Shown: in pieces, positions 25,772 through 37,743 of the stretch
How the letters are laid out: every line of letters begins with the position of its first letter
Position numbering within the stretch: position 1 is the first letter of the stretch
Assembly: GCF_000372725.1 (NCBI RefSeq)
Contig: NW_005201851.1
Span: 123,953-187,952, forward strand
Length of the DNA: 64,000 bases
Direction: 5' to 3'
From: Emiliania huxleyi CCMP1516
Lineage: Eukaryota
Notes under the pieces: generated by a model
What the model saw: the letters and a program-made list of their open reading frames with translations, nothing else
What the model was told of the DNA's origin: nothing
Databases searched by the model: none
Program-made: the position numbers and the translations under genes

Positions 25772-26647
25772 GGTCGGAAGGGCGCTTTTGTCGCTTTCGG
25801 CAACACTGAATCATTATTTTGAAAGCCTGANNNNNNNNNNNNNNNNNNNNNNNNNNNNNNNNNNNNNNNNNNNNNNNNNNNNNNNNNNNNNNNNNNNNNN
25901 NNNNNNNNNNNNNNNNNNNNNNNNNNNNNNGGATAAACAGAGAGGAGAACCAGAGAGTGGAGTCCGGGAGAGGAAAGGATAGAGAAGGTGAGCAGGAGAG
26001 GAAGTAGAAGAGGGAGAAGGAGCAGGTCAGGTAGGAGTAAACGTGGAGGTCTTGGAATAGAAAAGAGTGGTACATATAACCTAATCATCAAAAGGGAGGG
26101 GGGTGGAGTAGTACGTCGGGGGCGGCATGGAGGGGGAGAGGAAGAGCAAGGGCGAGAGAGGGCAAGGGACCGGGCGCTGGCATACCAGGGGGGGCAGGGT
26201 GGTGGGCGGCGACCGCCGCATACCGTCCTACGGCGGGGACTATCGCTACGCCAGGGAAGACAAGGGCGTCGAAGTGCAGCTGCTGCTGTTCGAGTCGTTC
26301 GGCGGGTTCGCGAGGGGGGTCCGTGAGATCCTCCGGAAGGCGGCGGACGTGCTACAGAACAAGCTGACGCGGGCCCAGTACCTCGATGAGGCGACTTGGA
26401 CCACCAAGAGCTGGCTGGGGCTGCAGAGGCAGCGCATCTCAGTCGTTCTTCACACGGCCATCGCAGAGCAGGTCGTGAATGAGCTTGCCTGTGGGCTGTG
26501 GCGGGGGTGGGCGGGTGCACGGAGCTAAGTGCCTCGCCACCCTCGCAGGAGTCGCTTAGGCGGCTCCCGTGGTGTACCTGTGTTAGTGCCAGTGCGCGCC
26601 AGTCCCGTGCCCAGTGTTGTGCGAGGGAGTTTCCTTGTAAAATTCTT
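25772..26647 (+). mobile_element. Second copy of the RLE-type non-autonomous element (contains an N-gap)
   Basis: ORF 26127-26528 is nearly identical to the 14310-14725 translation; same 3' UTR ending ttgtaaaattctt. Confidence 0.7.
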
Positions 26648-26910
26648 CGCCCCGCCCGCCCGCCGCGCCGCGCCACCGCCCGGTGATTATTAATTATTAA
26701 TTACTTAATTTATAAATAATAATCGCCTTACCCACCGTCGCGCCGCCTCGCCCCTTCTTGCGTCGCCCGCTCCCTCACCGCGCCGCCGTCTCCCAGCGCA
26801 AATTCTTTCTCTCTATGAAAAAGAATTCAAGGTGCCAAATCTGAGTTTGGGCCATTACAATGGCCTGGGGCAAACCGCCTCCGCAGCCGGCGGCCGCCGT
26901 CGTGCCGAGC

Positions 26911-29900
26911 ATGAGCTTATCCGACGTGCGCATCCCGCTTCGCGCCGCGCGCCGCTGCCCGCGCACTCCACACGCCGCCGCGGCCGCGCGCGCCCGCACG
27001 ACCGCCGCTCCGCTCACGCCGCTCCCGCATGTGCCTGCAGCTGCTGTCGGACGAGTGGGTGCTTCAGTGGGTGGGCGGGCTGTTCGTGCTGCAGTTTGGC
27101 TGGATGGCCCTCCTCTACGTCGTCCCGTCGCCCATGTCGTCCGATGTCGGCATGGCGGCTCACCAGCTGACGGCGGCGGTGCCGTTTGCGTACGCCGCCT
27201 ACCACGGCACGCGGCTGTGGTACTTTGACGAGCAGCACGCGGCGCTGGGCGCCGACGCGCGCGGCCGCCTCTACGCCGCCTCCGAGGACGCCTTCTCCCT
27301 CGCTCGCTTCATGTTTGGGATGCAGGTCTGCTCGAGCCCCTTCCCGCGGAACCTTCCCGGAACCTTCCCTGAGCCTTCATGTTTGGGATTCAGGTCCGCC
27401 GGCCCGCTGTAGCACTCCCGGGCCTTCCCGGAACCTTCCCGGAGCCCGCCGAGACGCCCCCGAGACGCCTCCAGCTCCCCTTCCCGAGACGGCTCCCGGC
27501 GCGGTGCCTCGCTCCGGTAGGTCTTCGACCTGTTGGTGACCCTGATCGTACCGTCGCTGCGCAAGGCGCGCACCGAGGAGGACCCCCCTTCCAAACACGG
27601 ACCCTCCCTCCCCGGGGACTCGCCCCGGAGCGATCGCAGAGCGGTCGCCTCCCGCCCGCTCCGCGCCCAACACCGGATTCCTGTGGCCAGTGTGAAGCTG
27701 TGACGGTGTGAAGCTATGAGTGCCTCGGCTGGCTCTGAGTGCGTGTGTCTCCAGCAGGCGGAGCACTTGGTCCACCACGGGATGACCCTCCACCTCATAG
27801 TACCCGAACCCATCCCCTACCCCCACGGTACCGAACCCACAGGCGGAGCACTTGGTCCACCACGGGATGACCCTCCACCTCATAGTACCCGAACCCATCC
27901 CCTACCCCCACGGTACCGAACCCACAGGCGGAGCACTTGGTCCACCACGGGATGACCCTCCTCACCGCGCTGTGTGGCCTCTCGGGCCCGCTCCTCCTCT
28001 CCCCGCGGCTGCTGTGAACGGCGTCTCCTCACACCTGCAGCTGTGAACAGGCACCCTCCAGGAGGAGGAGGGCGTCTCGCTGTGAACGGCGTCTCCTCAC
28101 ACCTCCAGCTGTGAACAGGCACCCTCCAGGAGGAGGAGGGCGTCTCGCTGTGAACGGCGTCTCTTCACACCTCCAGCTGTGAACAGGCCCGTTTCTCATG
28201 TACCAGGCGCCTCATGAGTAGTTCGGACTCAGTTCGGACTCAAAGAGCGATGGAGACAGCGCCAAAGGCCGGCCACACACGTCCCGCCCCTCCTGCGCCA
28301 GGCCGCATTCTTCTTCGGCTTCGTCGAGGTCTCGTCGCTGCCGCTCGTGTTTGTTGACCTCTTCCGCCAGTTCCCGCGGCTGCACGAGGGGTCGCCCGCA
28401 GGCACACGAGATTGCACGAGATTGCACGAGATTGCACGAGATTGCACGAGGGGTCGCCCGCAGGCACACGAGATTGCACGAGATTGCACGAGATTGCACG
28501 AGATTGCACGAGGGCTCGCCCGCAGGCACACGAGATTGCACGAGATTGCACGAGATTGCACGAGATTGCACGAGGGGTCGCCCGCAGGCACACGAGATTG
28601 CACGAGATTGCACGAGATTGCACGAGATTGCACGAGGGGTCGCCCGCAGGCACACGAGATTGCACGAGATTGCACGAGATTGCACGAGATTGCACGAGGG
28701 GTCGCCCGCAGGCACACGAGATTGCACGAGATTGCACGAGATTGCACGAGATTGCACGAGGGGTCGCCCGCAGGCACACTCGCTCACCCACTCGCACCGG
28801 GCCTCGCACTTGGAATGCCGTGCCAGCTCCTGTCGCGTAGACGTGGAGACGCGAGGGACCAGCCCGGCCCTTGCCCCACACCACCTCCACCGTGTGTGGG
28901 GAGAAGTTTACCTCACCTTACCGCCCGCAGACCACGAGACGGCCCGAACCCTAGCTCTAACCGCAACCCTGACCCCAACCCTAGCCCTAACCCTAGCTCT
29001 AACCCTAGCCCTAACCCCAAACCTAACCCTGACCCCAACCCCAACCCTAACCCTGACCGCAACCCTGACCCCAGCCCTGACCCTCGCCCGCAGGCCATTC
29101 GGTCAACGAGACGGTGCGGGTCGCCTTCGCCCTCTCGTTCCTCCTGATTCGGTGCGTCCTCCGGCCGAGAGGCAGCAGAGAGGCAGCAGAGAGGCAGCAG
29201 AGAGGCAGCAGAGAGGCAGCAGAGAGGCAGCAGAGAGGCGGCCGAGATGCAGCAGAGAGGCAGCAGAGAGGCAGCAGAGAGGCAGCAGAGAGGCAGCAGA
29301 GAGGCAGCAGAGAGGCAGCAGAGAGGCAGCAGGGAGGCAGCCGGGAGGCAGCAGGGAGGTAGCCGGGAGGTAGCCGGGAGGTAGCAGCTCGGTCGCCGCT
29401 GGCCGAGAAGCACCGGCGGTTGCTGCAGCAAGCCGAGAGCGTGCGTGCGTGGCGTGGCACGCCTCGTGCTAGGTGCAACCTCGTGCAATCTCGTGCAATC
29501 TCGTGCAATCTCTGCTAGGTGCGTCCTCTGGCCGCTGGCGGTGCTGCAGCTGCTGCGTGACCTGTACGCGGTGTGGGCGGCGGGCGAACTGGAGGGGCAG
29601 CTGCAGATGGCTACCTTCTGCGTCACCTGCTCGGCGCTCCCCGCCCACACCGCGCTCCCCGCCACCCCGCCACCGCCCCCACCGCCCCCTCCACCGCCGC
29701 CCCCACCGCCGCCCCCACTGCCGCGTTGCCGCCGCCGTGTCCGCTTCGCCCTACACGCCGCCGGCCTTTCCTCGCCGCCGCCCTCGCCGCCGCCCCTCGC
29801 CGCCGCCCCTCGCCGCTGCCAGCTCTGCTGGGGGCGAGAGAGCATTGGCCGATCGTCGGCCAACCACGGCGCGCCCTTAGGTGCTAACCTTCCTGCAGCT

Positions 29901-29979
29901 GTACTGGGGCGGCAAGATCGTGCGCGCTCTGCTGAAGATGCTCGCAGGCGACAGCAGCGGCCGCGAGAAGGAAGCGTAG
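26911..29979 (+). CDS. TLC (TRAM/LAG1/CLN8) domain membrane protein, multi-exon
   Basis: Spliced reading FMFGMQ|VFDLLV...|AEHLVHHG...EVSSLPL...VAFALSFLLIR...LQLYWGGKIV; stop at 29977-29979. Start (26911 or 27029) uncertain. Confidence 0.75.
28381..28778. repeat. Compound repeat: exon-end copy (gaggggtcgcccgcaggcacac) + (GAGATTGCAC)n, ~62-bp units
   Basis: Six to seven tandem units in a TLC-gene intron. Confidence 0.9.
28948..29085. repeat. Degenerate interstitial telomere-like (CCCTAA)n tract in an intron
   Basis: ccctaa/ccctga/ccctag hexamers. Confidence 0.75.
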
Positions 29980-30524
29980 AAGGACGCGTAGAGCAGCGCG
30001 GGCGGGCGGGCAGAGGCGGGGATCGGTTTTGGCCGTCGGCAAGGGCCGTCTGGTCGATCGACTCCCTCCGCCGTCTCCGGTTTTGTTTTGTACTCCTCCT
30101 GCGGCGTGTGCGCGTTGTGCCGCCGCTGGGCGCCGCCGCCGGCCGGTCGGAGAGTCGGGTAGGCGGCAGGTACTACTGGTAGAGGCGGAGAGTGGGTGGT
30201 CTCTTGCGTGGGTGAGCCGGGGGGGGGGGGGGGGCACGGGCAGGGGGGAGGTACAGGCTACTGCCACAGTTCACCTGTGCCGGTCTGCGCGCCCAACACC
30301 TTCAGGGCTGTCGTGTCCTCGTCGTGTGTTTCGCGTCGGCCGGTCAGTTGTGCTGTTTCGAACACAAACACCGACAAGTGCGGTCTGCCGCGAGGGCGAA
30401 ATCTGCCCTGGTGAAGAGAGCTGAGCCTGAGCGCTGAGCCTGAGGCCTGAGACCTGAGAGCTGAGTTACGGCTCTAGGCCGGTCGCTCCCCCGTCTTTGG
30501 GCCCTGTTGAGTCTCGTTCCGGAA

Positions 30525-30693
30525 AGGTCAGGCTGGTATTGCCTGGCTACGCGACCATCGAGATCGACCTGAAGCACGAGAAGGCCGCGCGGGCGACCGC
30601 GAGTCGGTGCAGGCGGCGGAGCGCTCGTAGTCGTACGTCGAGCGCACCGCGCTGAAGAATAAGGATCCCACCAAGGAGCAGCTCGCGGCTCGA
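30525..30693 (+). pseudogene. Frameshifted fragment of the ORF at 36716-37567
   Basis: Sequence cctggctacgcgaccatcgagatcgacctgaagcacgagaagg... matches the reverse complement of ~37232-37390. Confidence 0.75.
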
Positions 30694-32376
30694 GCTGCGA
30701 CGGTGTATCATTCACTTTATGCCACCGTTGCATATCCGGATGTGCAACGGTGGCATAAAGTGAATGATACACCGTCGCAAAACTGCATTCCTGGGTCGTG
30801 CGGAGATGCATCCGGTTTGGGTACTCCCTTAGTGTAGGTAAACCATAAAAGTAGGTTTGAATTCGTCCACGTAAGGCTTGGTGAGTGGTTGGGGTGGCCT
30901 CAGGCATCCCCAAGGGAGCCGCTGCGGTGCCATATAAGCAGCTTAGTGATTGTCGAGACTTTAAAGTATTCGTGTGAAGATATCGCAAACAGGACAGACG
31001 CTACTATGGTCACCAGTAAACCATAATTCGACTTTGAGGGATCATATCTCAAAAAGCCGGGAGACAGCATAGCCTTATTATTGCATATTATGCCACATAA
31101 GGTCAAACTTGACCCCACAAGCATCAAGAACCCGATGCTCCGGCTCGACTGTGCCGGCACACTGCCTCCTCGCGCCGGCTGCTAGCTAGGCCGGTCGCTC
31201 CCCCGTCTTTGGGTCCTGTTGAGTCGTTCCGGAAGTTGAAGTTGACGCATCACAAAGGACCGAAATCCAACCCTGCCAACAAAGCGAGCCCATGTGGGAC
31301 GCGAGGTCTTGCTCCACCTTCTCGGCGCTCGCGTCGCCTAACCTGAGAGCCTCGGCCGCCATGCCGGGGCACATCTTGACCGGAGCCGGTCACATGTCCA
31401 TCGTGCCCAAGGCGGGGCACGGTCGACTCGACCGCGGCCGATGGCACCGGCCCAACGGCCGACCAAGATTTTACGCCTCCGAACGCCGGGCCGGTGAGGT
31501 GGCGAGTCGGGCGACACGGAAAATCGGAGGCTGACAACGACTTTTTGAGGCCATCGGTTTGAGGTCTGCAGACATTTTCTGGATGATCTCGCATTTCCCG
31601 AGGCGTAATCGCAGTTCCAGACGGCCCAGCAGGTGGGCGCTGCAGGCGAGCCGCCTCACATCCTTCGCCCCCCCGTCGCTCACGCTGCCTCTGAAGCACC
31701 GGACCGCCCCCCCCGCGCCCAGGCGGCCTAGCTGCCGCGGGCTCCACCCACGCGGGCCACCATCAGCGCCGCCCGACGGCTCAGAACCTCTCTCTTTAGG
31801 TCCCACAAAGGCGGCGAGCGAGCGGCGAGGCAGATGAATCGAGCTCTGGACGCATGCCGCGAGAGCTGTGAGGGTCGCAGCTCGGCCTCCATCTCGCCCG
31901 GCGGTGGCGCGTCGGCTTGCCGGTTCACGGGGGTCACTGCCCCTAGGTGCCGCCTCGCCTCACCTCTATGCACCCTTCACCCTCTAGCGCCTCACCCTGC
32001 CGGTGCCGTGTGGTAGTGGCGGTGTCAGCCATGCTGGACCGGCGGCAGCGAGGACGACGGGCGTGGCTGCGGCGACAACGGCGGCTTGGCCCGTGACGGC
32101 GACGGCGCTGACGGCAGAGCAGCTGCGGCCGGCACGGGCGGGTGCGGCCGAGCAGCGCGGCGCTCACAGCAAGCGGCCGGTGTGGCGGCGGCGACGGCGC
32201 CGCGCGAGGAAGCGGTGGCGCAGCCGCGCATGACAGGTCCGGCGCGTGTCGAGCAGCGAGGTGGTGCGCCGCGCTGCCGACGCGCCCCCAGGCCGGAGGC
32301 GGCCGCCGCGTGCCGAGCCGCCGGCTGTTGGTGCTTACAGTCTGTGGCGGCGGCGCCGCCGCCGTGGAGCGAGGCA

Positions 32377-32424
<48 letters not shown>

Positions 32425-34435
32425 GATGCGGCGGCTGCACGTTGTGCCTCGAGGCGTCGCTCGTGGCGCTGGTGCGGCGCGTGGCTGGCGGACGAGGTTG
32501 CGCGCGCACGGCGCTCGAGGGTGTAGTCACGTCCCTCGGCTCTCGCCACCGCTGTCGCCGCGCGCTCCGCGTTCGTTGTCGCCGGCGCTGCCCACCTCGA
32601 GCCACTGCGGCCACTGCCGCGCGACGTTGCGCCGCGCCACGCTGGCCGTCGCTCTCTCGACGTTGTGGAGGAGGCTCTGTCCCACGTCGAGAGGAGGCGT
32701 TCCCGCGGTGATATTGACCCAGCTCTGTTGTCTCTAGGCTGCGTCGGCACGGGAGGCGCTGCGGGCGGGGAGGTGGAGCGGGCTGCGGAGCGGCAGATTA
32801 GTGGCAGTGGCGACGGGCGGGGCGGCAGCGGGCAGGGTGGCGAGTGCGACGTTGGAGAGGCGGGGCTGGGGAGGCTGGTGCCGGTGCCATTACAGGCGGT
32901 GCAGGTGCGGTGTGCTACTGTAGTGCTCGCTCACCGGAGCGAGCGCGGCGCTCGGACCGTCCTGGCAAGGGCCGCTGACCAGGACGGTCGCCAGGAGTCG
33001 GCTTGCACCGCGAGAGCGGCGAGGCGGGGGGAGAGGCCTGGTGAGGGTGTCAACGGTGGTGCGTGTGTTAGTTACAAGTTAGGGTGAGGCGGGGGGGGCG
33101 GNNNNNNNNNNNNNNNNNNNNNNNNNNNNNNNNNNNNNNNNNNNNNNNNNNNNNNNNNNNNNNNNNNNNNNNNNNNNNNNNNNNNNNNNNNNNNNNNNNN
33201 NGGGGGGGGGGGGGGGATTTCGATACTCTAAGGTGTCCTGGTGATCCTGGGTTAGTATCGTCTCTTACGAGCCCGCTCTTGATGTGTTGGAAGCGTTTTC
33301 ACAGCGAATTCACGCCGATATTGCCATACGGACGTCCCTGGCGCGCGCTCTTCAAGGCCTCGTCCTGGATTGGTGCTCGCCGGCGTGAGTTCATACAGTG
33401 CTGCGAGCTGGCCTAAGGCCGGACCTTACGACGGTCCAGCGCTGGGCAGCGTGATGGCTCCTACTCGAGGCGCGACATGAGTGTACGAGGACCTCAACGC
33501 CTCGGTTTGGCGAACCAGCATGAGGAGCGGAGCCGCTGTAGCTCCTCCCTGCAGCTTGCGCGTCGCGGTTTGGCCAACGTCCCATCCACCGCGCATACTG
33601 CGGCGGCTCTCCAGCTCAAGAAGGCTGCGCTCGACCACCACATCGCCCGAGTCAGTGGTCCAGACGCCCCGCTGAGCCTCGCGCCGCAGTGCAGCCAGTT
33701 TGCGCGGCCGTGATGCGCGAATCGAACCGGTGCGATGTTGCTCGGCACTCTAGATGGCCTGAACATGCTTGCATTCAAGTCTCGAGGTCTGCGCTTAAAC
33801 TTGAAAATTTAATAAAATGGGGTCCGACCGGCCTATGCTAGCAGGCCGTCGCGGCCCGTGGTGCACCAGAGAGAGAGGTCGACACGTTGCCCCCGCCGGC
33901 GAGTCCGCGCGGCTCAGGCCGGCCAGAAGGTGTGTGGTGACGGCACCGTGGCAGGCGTGCGGAGAAGAGCTCGCCGAACGCGAGCAGCAGATGGCCAAAG
34001 TGTACCAGCGCGAGAGCCTCGCGAGCGGGCGCAGAAGAAGCTCGCCGTGACACGATGCCGGGCGGTGGTGCTCTGGCGACTGTGCACAGTGGGCAAAGTC
34101 AGGCTGCAGCAGGGCAGCACGATGGTAGTGCCCTGCTGCAGCCTGGCCTGACATGCACAGGGCGAACAGAGACACTACTATCGTCCGGCGCTCGTCACCG
34201 AATCTGGGCCAACTTCGACCGCCGCCACAGCTCGCCACGAGCACGCAGCGACAAAATGTTGACTGTACGGAAGTTGAGGCTGGTCGAGAGGAAGAGGCTG
34301 CCGTGCGAGCCGGCAGCAGGCTGGCTCGTCGTGGACTGCAGCGGCGATTCTTATGGGTTTCTCTGTTCATACTAGCGTGGACGCTACTATGGTTTACCCA
34401 CATTAAGCAAGTTTTGGCGCGCGCTTGCGGGGTAA

Positions 34436-35527
34436 ATGACAGCACGCCTCAGCATCGAGACGCTCGTTGAGCGCGTCCGCGGCGGCACCACCACCCAGAA
34501 GAAGGATGCGGCAGACAAGCTGCGCGACCGAGCCGACGAGTGGGAGGCGATCATCCATGCTGGCGGCTTCCAGGCGCTCGTCGACCTTGCTCGCAATGGC
34601 AGCAACCGAGGGGTGGGGAGGGTGGCGGCGGCCGAAGCGCTGGAACGCCTTGCAGAGAAGGGCGCCTCCAGCACGATCGTCGAGGCTGACGGCGGCATCC
34701 AGGCGCTCGTCGACCTTACTAACGGCAGGCTGCCTCAAGCGGCCCGCGCTCTGGGCTACCTTGCAGAGAACGGCGCCGGGAGCAAGATCGTCGAGGCTGG
34801 CGGCATCGACGCGCTCGTCCACCTTGCTCGCGTCTTCACGGGGGACGGCGGTCATGACGTCGGATGGTCGGCCGCGTTGGCACTAAGCAAGCTTGCTCGC
34901 TTCGTCGAACTCGCAGAGAAGATCAAGGAGGCGGACGGCATTGGAGCGCTCGTCGCACTGGCACGCTGTGACTGGCACACGGAGAGAGAGATGGCAGCGT
35001 TGGCGCTGGGCAACCTGGCGTGCCACGGCCTCGTCTATTGCACGGCCATCAAGGAGGCCGACGGCTTCGATGCCCTGAACAGGCTTGCCGGCTATGGCGA
35101 CGGCCAAGCAAATGCGGCCGAGTACGCGCTGGGCATGATCAAGACGCACTATCTCGCCTCGGCCGACTGGGGCGCGTACCTGGCGCGCTACAACGACCTG
35201 ACCGAATGCCTCGCACTATCTCACCACGCGGCGCGCGACCACTTTATCAACCACGGCTTCAAGGAGGGCCGCGACGCTTCACCGGCAGCGTCGGATGAAT
35301 CGCAGCCGGCAAAGCGCTTGAAGGCTGAGGCGGAGGCAGAGGCTGAGGCAAATGCAGAGGCAGGGCAGTCAACCAAGCAGGACGCTGTCGGAGGGGCGTC
35401 GTCGTCCGGCGCGGGCGAGACCGATTTGGCGGAGGCGGAGGCGGAGGCGGAGCAGAAGAAGGCGGAGGCGGAGGCGAGCAGTCGTAGCATCGGCATCGGG
35501 CGCGCAGCAGATGAAGGCGAGGCTTGA
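34436..35527 (+). CDS. Armadillo-repeat protein with a C-terminal DWxxYLARYxDL...HFxxHGxxEGR motif
   Basis: About 5 ARM repeats (IVEAGGIDALVxLA...AAxALxxLA), intronless over this span. Confidence 0.8.
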   Translation: MTARLSIETLVERVRGGTTTQKKDAADKLRDRADEWEAIIHAGGFQALVDLARNGSNRGVGRVAAAEALERLAEKGASSTIVEADGGIQALVDLTNGRLPQAARALGYLAENGAGSKIVEAGGIDALVHLARVFTGDGGHDVGWSAALALSKLARFVELAEKIKEADGIGALVALARCDWHTEREMAALALGNLACHGLVYCTAIKEADGFDALNRLAGYGDGQANAAEYALGMIKTHYLASADWGAYLARYNDLTECLALSHHAARDHFINHGFKEGRDASPAASDESQPAKRLKAEAEAEAEANAEAGQSTKQDAVGGASSSGAGETDLAEAEAEAEQKKAEAEASSRSIGIGRAADEGEA

Positions 35528-36326
35528 GACGGTATATCAACTGATGCAGCAGTCCCAGCAGCTCCAGCAGCAGTCCCAGCAGCTCCAGCAGCAGTCCCAG
35601 CAGCTCCAGCAGCAGTCCCAGCAGCTCCAGCAGCAGTCCCAGCAGATCATGGAGGCGCTCAACGGTATGGCGTCAAGCAGTGTCGCTGAGGCGATGGCCG
35701 CGGCGTCAGCGTACGCCAATGCCATTGCTGCGTGCAAGGCGGTCACGGACTGCTACGCGGCGAGGTTGAGGTGCTATGCGGAGAAGGAGGAGGAGATCCT
35801 GGCCGAGAATTCCAAGCTCGAGGCCAAGCTTCGCGAGGTCGAGGATGAGCCGCCCGGCTTTGAGAAGACGAAGGAAGCGATGGAGCGGCGGGAGGCGGCG
35901 CGCAAGGAGATCAAGGAGTGGGATTGCATGACGCGAGGGAGGTATGCGAGACATTTGCGCTCGCTGCTCGGCGAGGACGCGATCGACGGCCAGGACGTCT
36001 TCCACATCATCGCCGAATCCAACGGCGGCGCCAACCACCCCGACAACTTCCTCTACGCGCTCGGCTCCACCTTCAACCGGTCGATTGGCAACAACTATGA
36101 CGACTTTAATGCCTTTCTTGCGGGCAAGGAGAAGACGGAGCGGGCCGTCCGCGCATCCATCAATTATGGCAACCGCACCTGGAAGTACGAGGCAACCAAG
36201 AACTACGACCCGATCGCGGCAGGAGGCTCAAGCTCGGACCCCGCTGACGAGGCGCGGCGGCTCTTCGAGAAGGGCCAGACGCTGATGACGGCGGCCCGCG
36301 CGGCCCGCCGTGCCGGGCAGGCATGA
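35511..36326 (+). CDS. PolyQ/coiled-coil + HNH endonuclease-like protein; probably the last exon of the ARM gene
   Basis: DVFHIIAESNGGANHPDNFLYALGSTFNRSIG fits the HNH pattern DHIxPxSxGG...NL...NxxKG. Confidence 0.65.
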   Translation: MKARLETVYQLMQQSQQLQQQSQQLQQQSQQLQQQSQQLQQQSQQIMEALNGMASSSVAEAMAAASAYANAIAACKAVTDCYAARLRCYAEKEEEILAENSKLEAKLREVEDEPPGFEKTKEAMERREAARKEIKEWDCMTRGRYARHLRSLLGEDAIDGQDVFHIIAESNGGANHPDNFLYALGSTFNRSIGNNYDDFNAFLAGKEKTERAVRASINYGNRTWKYEATKNYDPIAAGGSSSDPADEARRLFEKGQTLMTAARAARRAGQA

Positions 36327-36715
36327 GACTCTCTTCGGTGTCAATGCGCTAGCTCTTCTACAGAATCTACGCACCCTTCCGTCACTGTCATAGACAGCCC
36401 ATAGCAGTCCATACACATGCATATTTTTATCCGATCCGATCCATGTTTCTTTTTCTCCTGCTCGGGCAGGAGCCCCACGGCATTCAAAGTGCAAGCACCG
36501 GCCCGGTGCCGTGGGTGAGCAACCTGCACCCCACTCCTACTCCTATAACACAACCCCCACAGCGTGGTCGTCTACGTGTTCAGAAACACAGCGAGGCGAG
36601 GGTGAAGGGGTAGTACCCGGGGTAAGGGGCTGTGTGGGGCTATCTGTGACTACTCCATCTAGCCTGGGGGGTAGCAGGAGGGGGGGGGCAGAGGGTAAGA
36701 TATGGGTGAGGCCAG

Positions 36716-37567
36716 CTACAAGTCGGACGCCCTCCCGTCGTCGTCGGAATACTCCTCGGAGCGGTCGGCGTCCTCGTCGTCGTCCTCGGTCTGCATTGCC
36801 TCGCCAGCCGTGAACCTGAACACGGCGTCGGCCGGCGCCGAGGCGCCGGCGGCCGTCATCAGGTGCATGACCATGCGGTCGCGGCATGCCGCATCAATCT
36901 TGCCGCGCCCGGCCAGCTCGTTCGCGAGCCAGTCCGGGGCGACCGTCGTCGCCACGGTCCCCTGGGGAACTGTGGCGTACACCTTGCTGGGGCCGCGTCG
37001 ATACCCGTCGTCCCTCTCCGGGGGCAGCGAGTATTCGACTCCTATATTGGACCCGGCCTGGCTGCGCGCCTGCGCAGCTGCAGACCGCAGCCCGGCCATC
37101 ACGTACTCGATGTTCTCGCGCAGCTGCGCGCGCGGGCGCTCCGCGTTCTCGGCCTCGTTCGCGGCGCGCTCGCCAGCCTCCTTCGCCCGGCGCTCCTTCT
37201 GCCGGATCTTCTTGGCCTTGCGTGACGCGGTTCGAGCCGCAAGCTGCTCATCAGTGAGCTCCTTCTTCTTCGGCGCGGTGCGCTCGATGTACGAGCGCTC
37301 CGCCACCTTCACCGACTCGCGGTCGCCCGCGGCCTTCTCGTGCTTCAGGTCGACCTCGATGGTCGCGTAGCCAGGCCTTATCAGCCTGACACACGACGCA
37401 CCGAACAACCGTGCGACACCCACCGCGTCCTCCAGTTGCGCGCGATCGGAGCGATTCCAGGGTCCGCTGCGCATCCCCGGCAGTACGACGGTGGCCGGCG
37501 CTTGCGCGCCAGCCCCGTCCGCCACCGGGTCCGCGGCCGCGGTCCCTGTCATAGCTACGCGCGCCAT
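36716..37567 (-). CDS. Hypothetical intronless protein, probably part of a repeated/mobile element
   Basis: Open 283-codon frame with GC3-rich codons, basic coiled region and acidic tail; decayed copy at 30525-30693. Confidence 0.45.
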   Translation of the reverse strand: MARVAMTGTAAADPVADGAGAQAPATVVLPGMRSGPWNRSDRAQLEDAVGVARLFGASCVRLIRPGYATIEVDLKHEKAAGDRESVKVAERSYIERTAPKKKELTDEQLAARTASRKAKKIRQKERRAKEAGERAANEAENAERPRAQLRENIEYVMAGLRSAAAQARSQAGSNIGVEYSLPPERDDGYRRGPSKVYATVPQGTVATTVAPDWLANELAGRGKIDAACRDRMVMHLMTAAGASAPADAVFRFTAGEAMQTEDDDEDADRSEEYSDDDGRASDL

Positions 37568-37743
37568 GGATCGGCGGTTACACCTCCACGTCAGAGTGTG
37601 GTTGGTGAGAGCTTTTTGGCTATACCATAGACCGTACACCCGGACTCACAGGTGCCCCACGGCACATTCATGATCATGCATCATGTGCAAGGCGTCCACA
37701 CGATACTTTACTATCGACGATTCGATAGTTACCCCGCGACCTC

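Noticed and set aside
28948..29085. True chromosome end
   Set aside because: Short degenerate tract inside an intron with genic sequence on both sides; the 51684-51733 tract is likewise short and interstitial
31240..34400. Several GC-rich ORFs
   Set aside because: Low complexity or interrupted, no recognisable domain; no call can be supported
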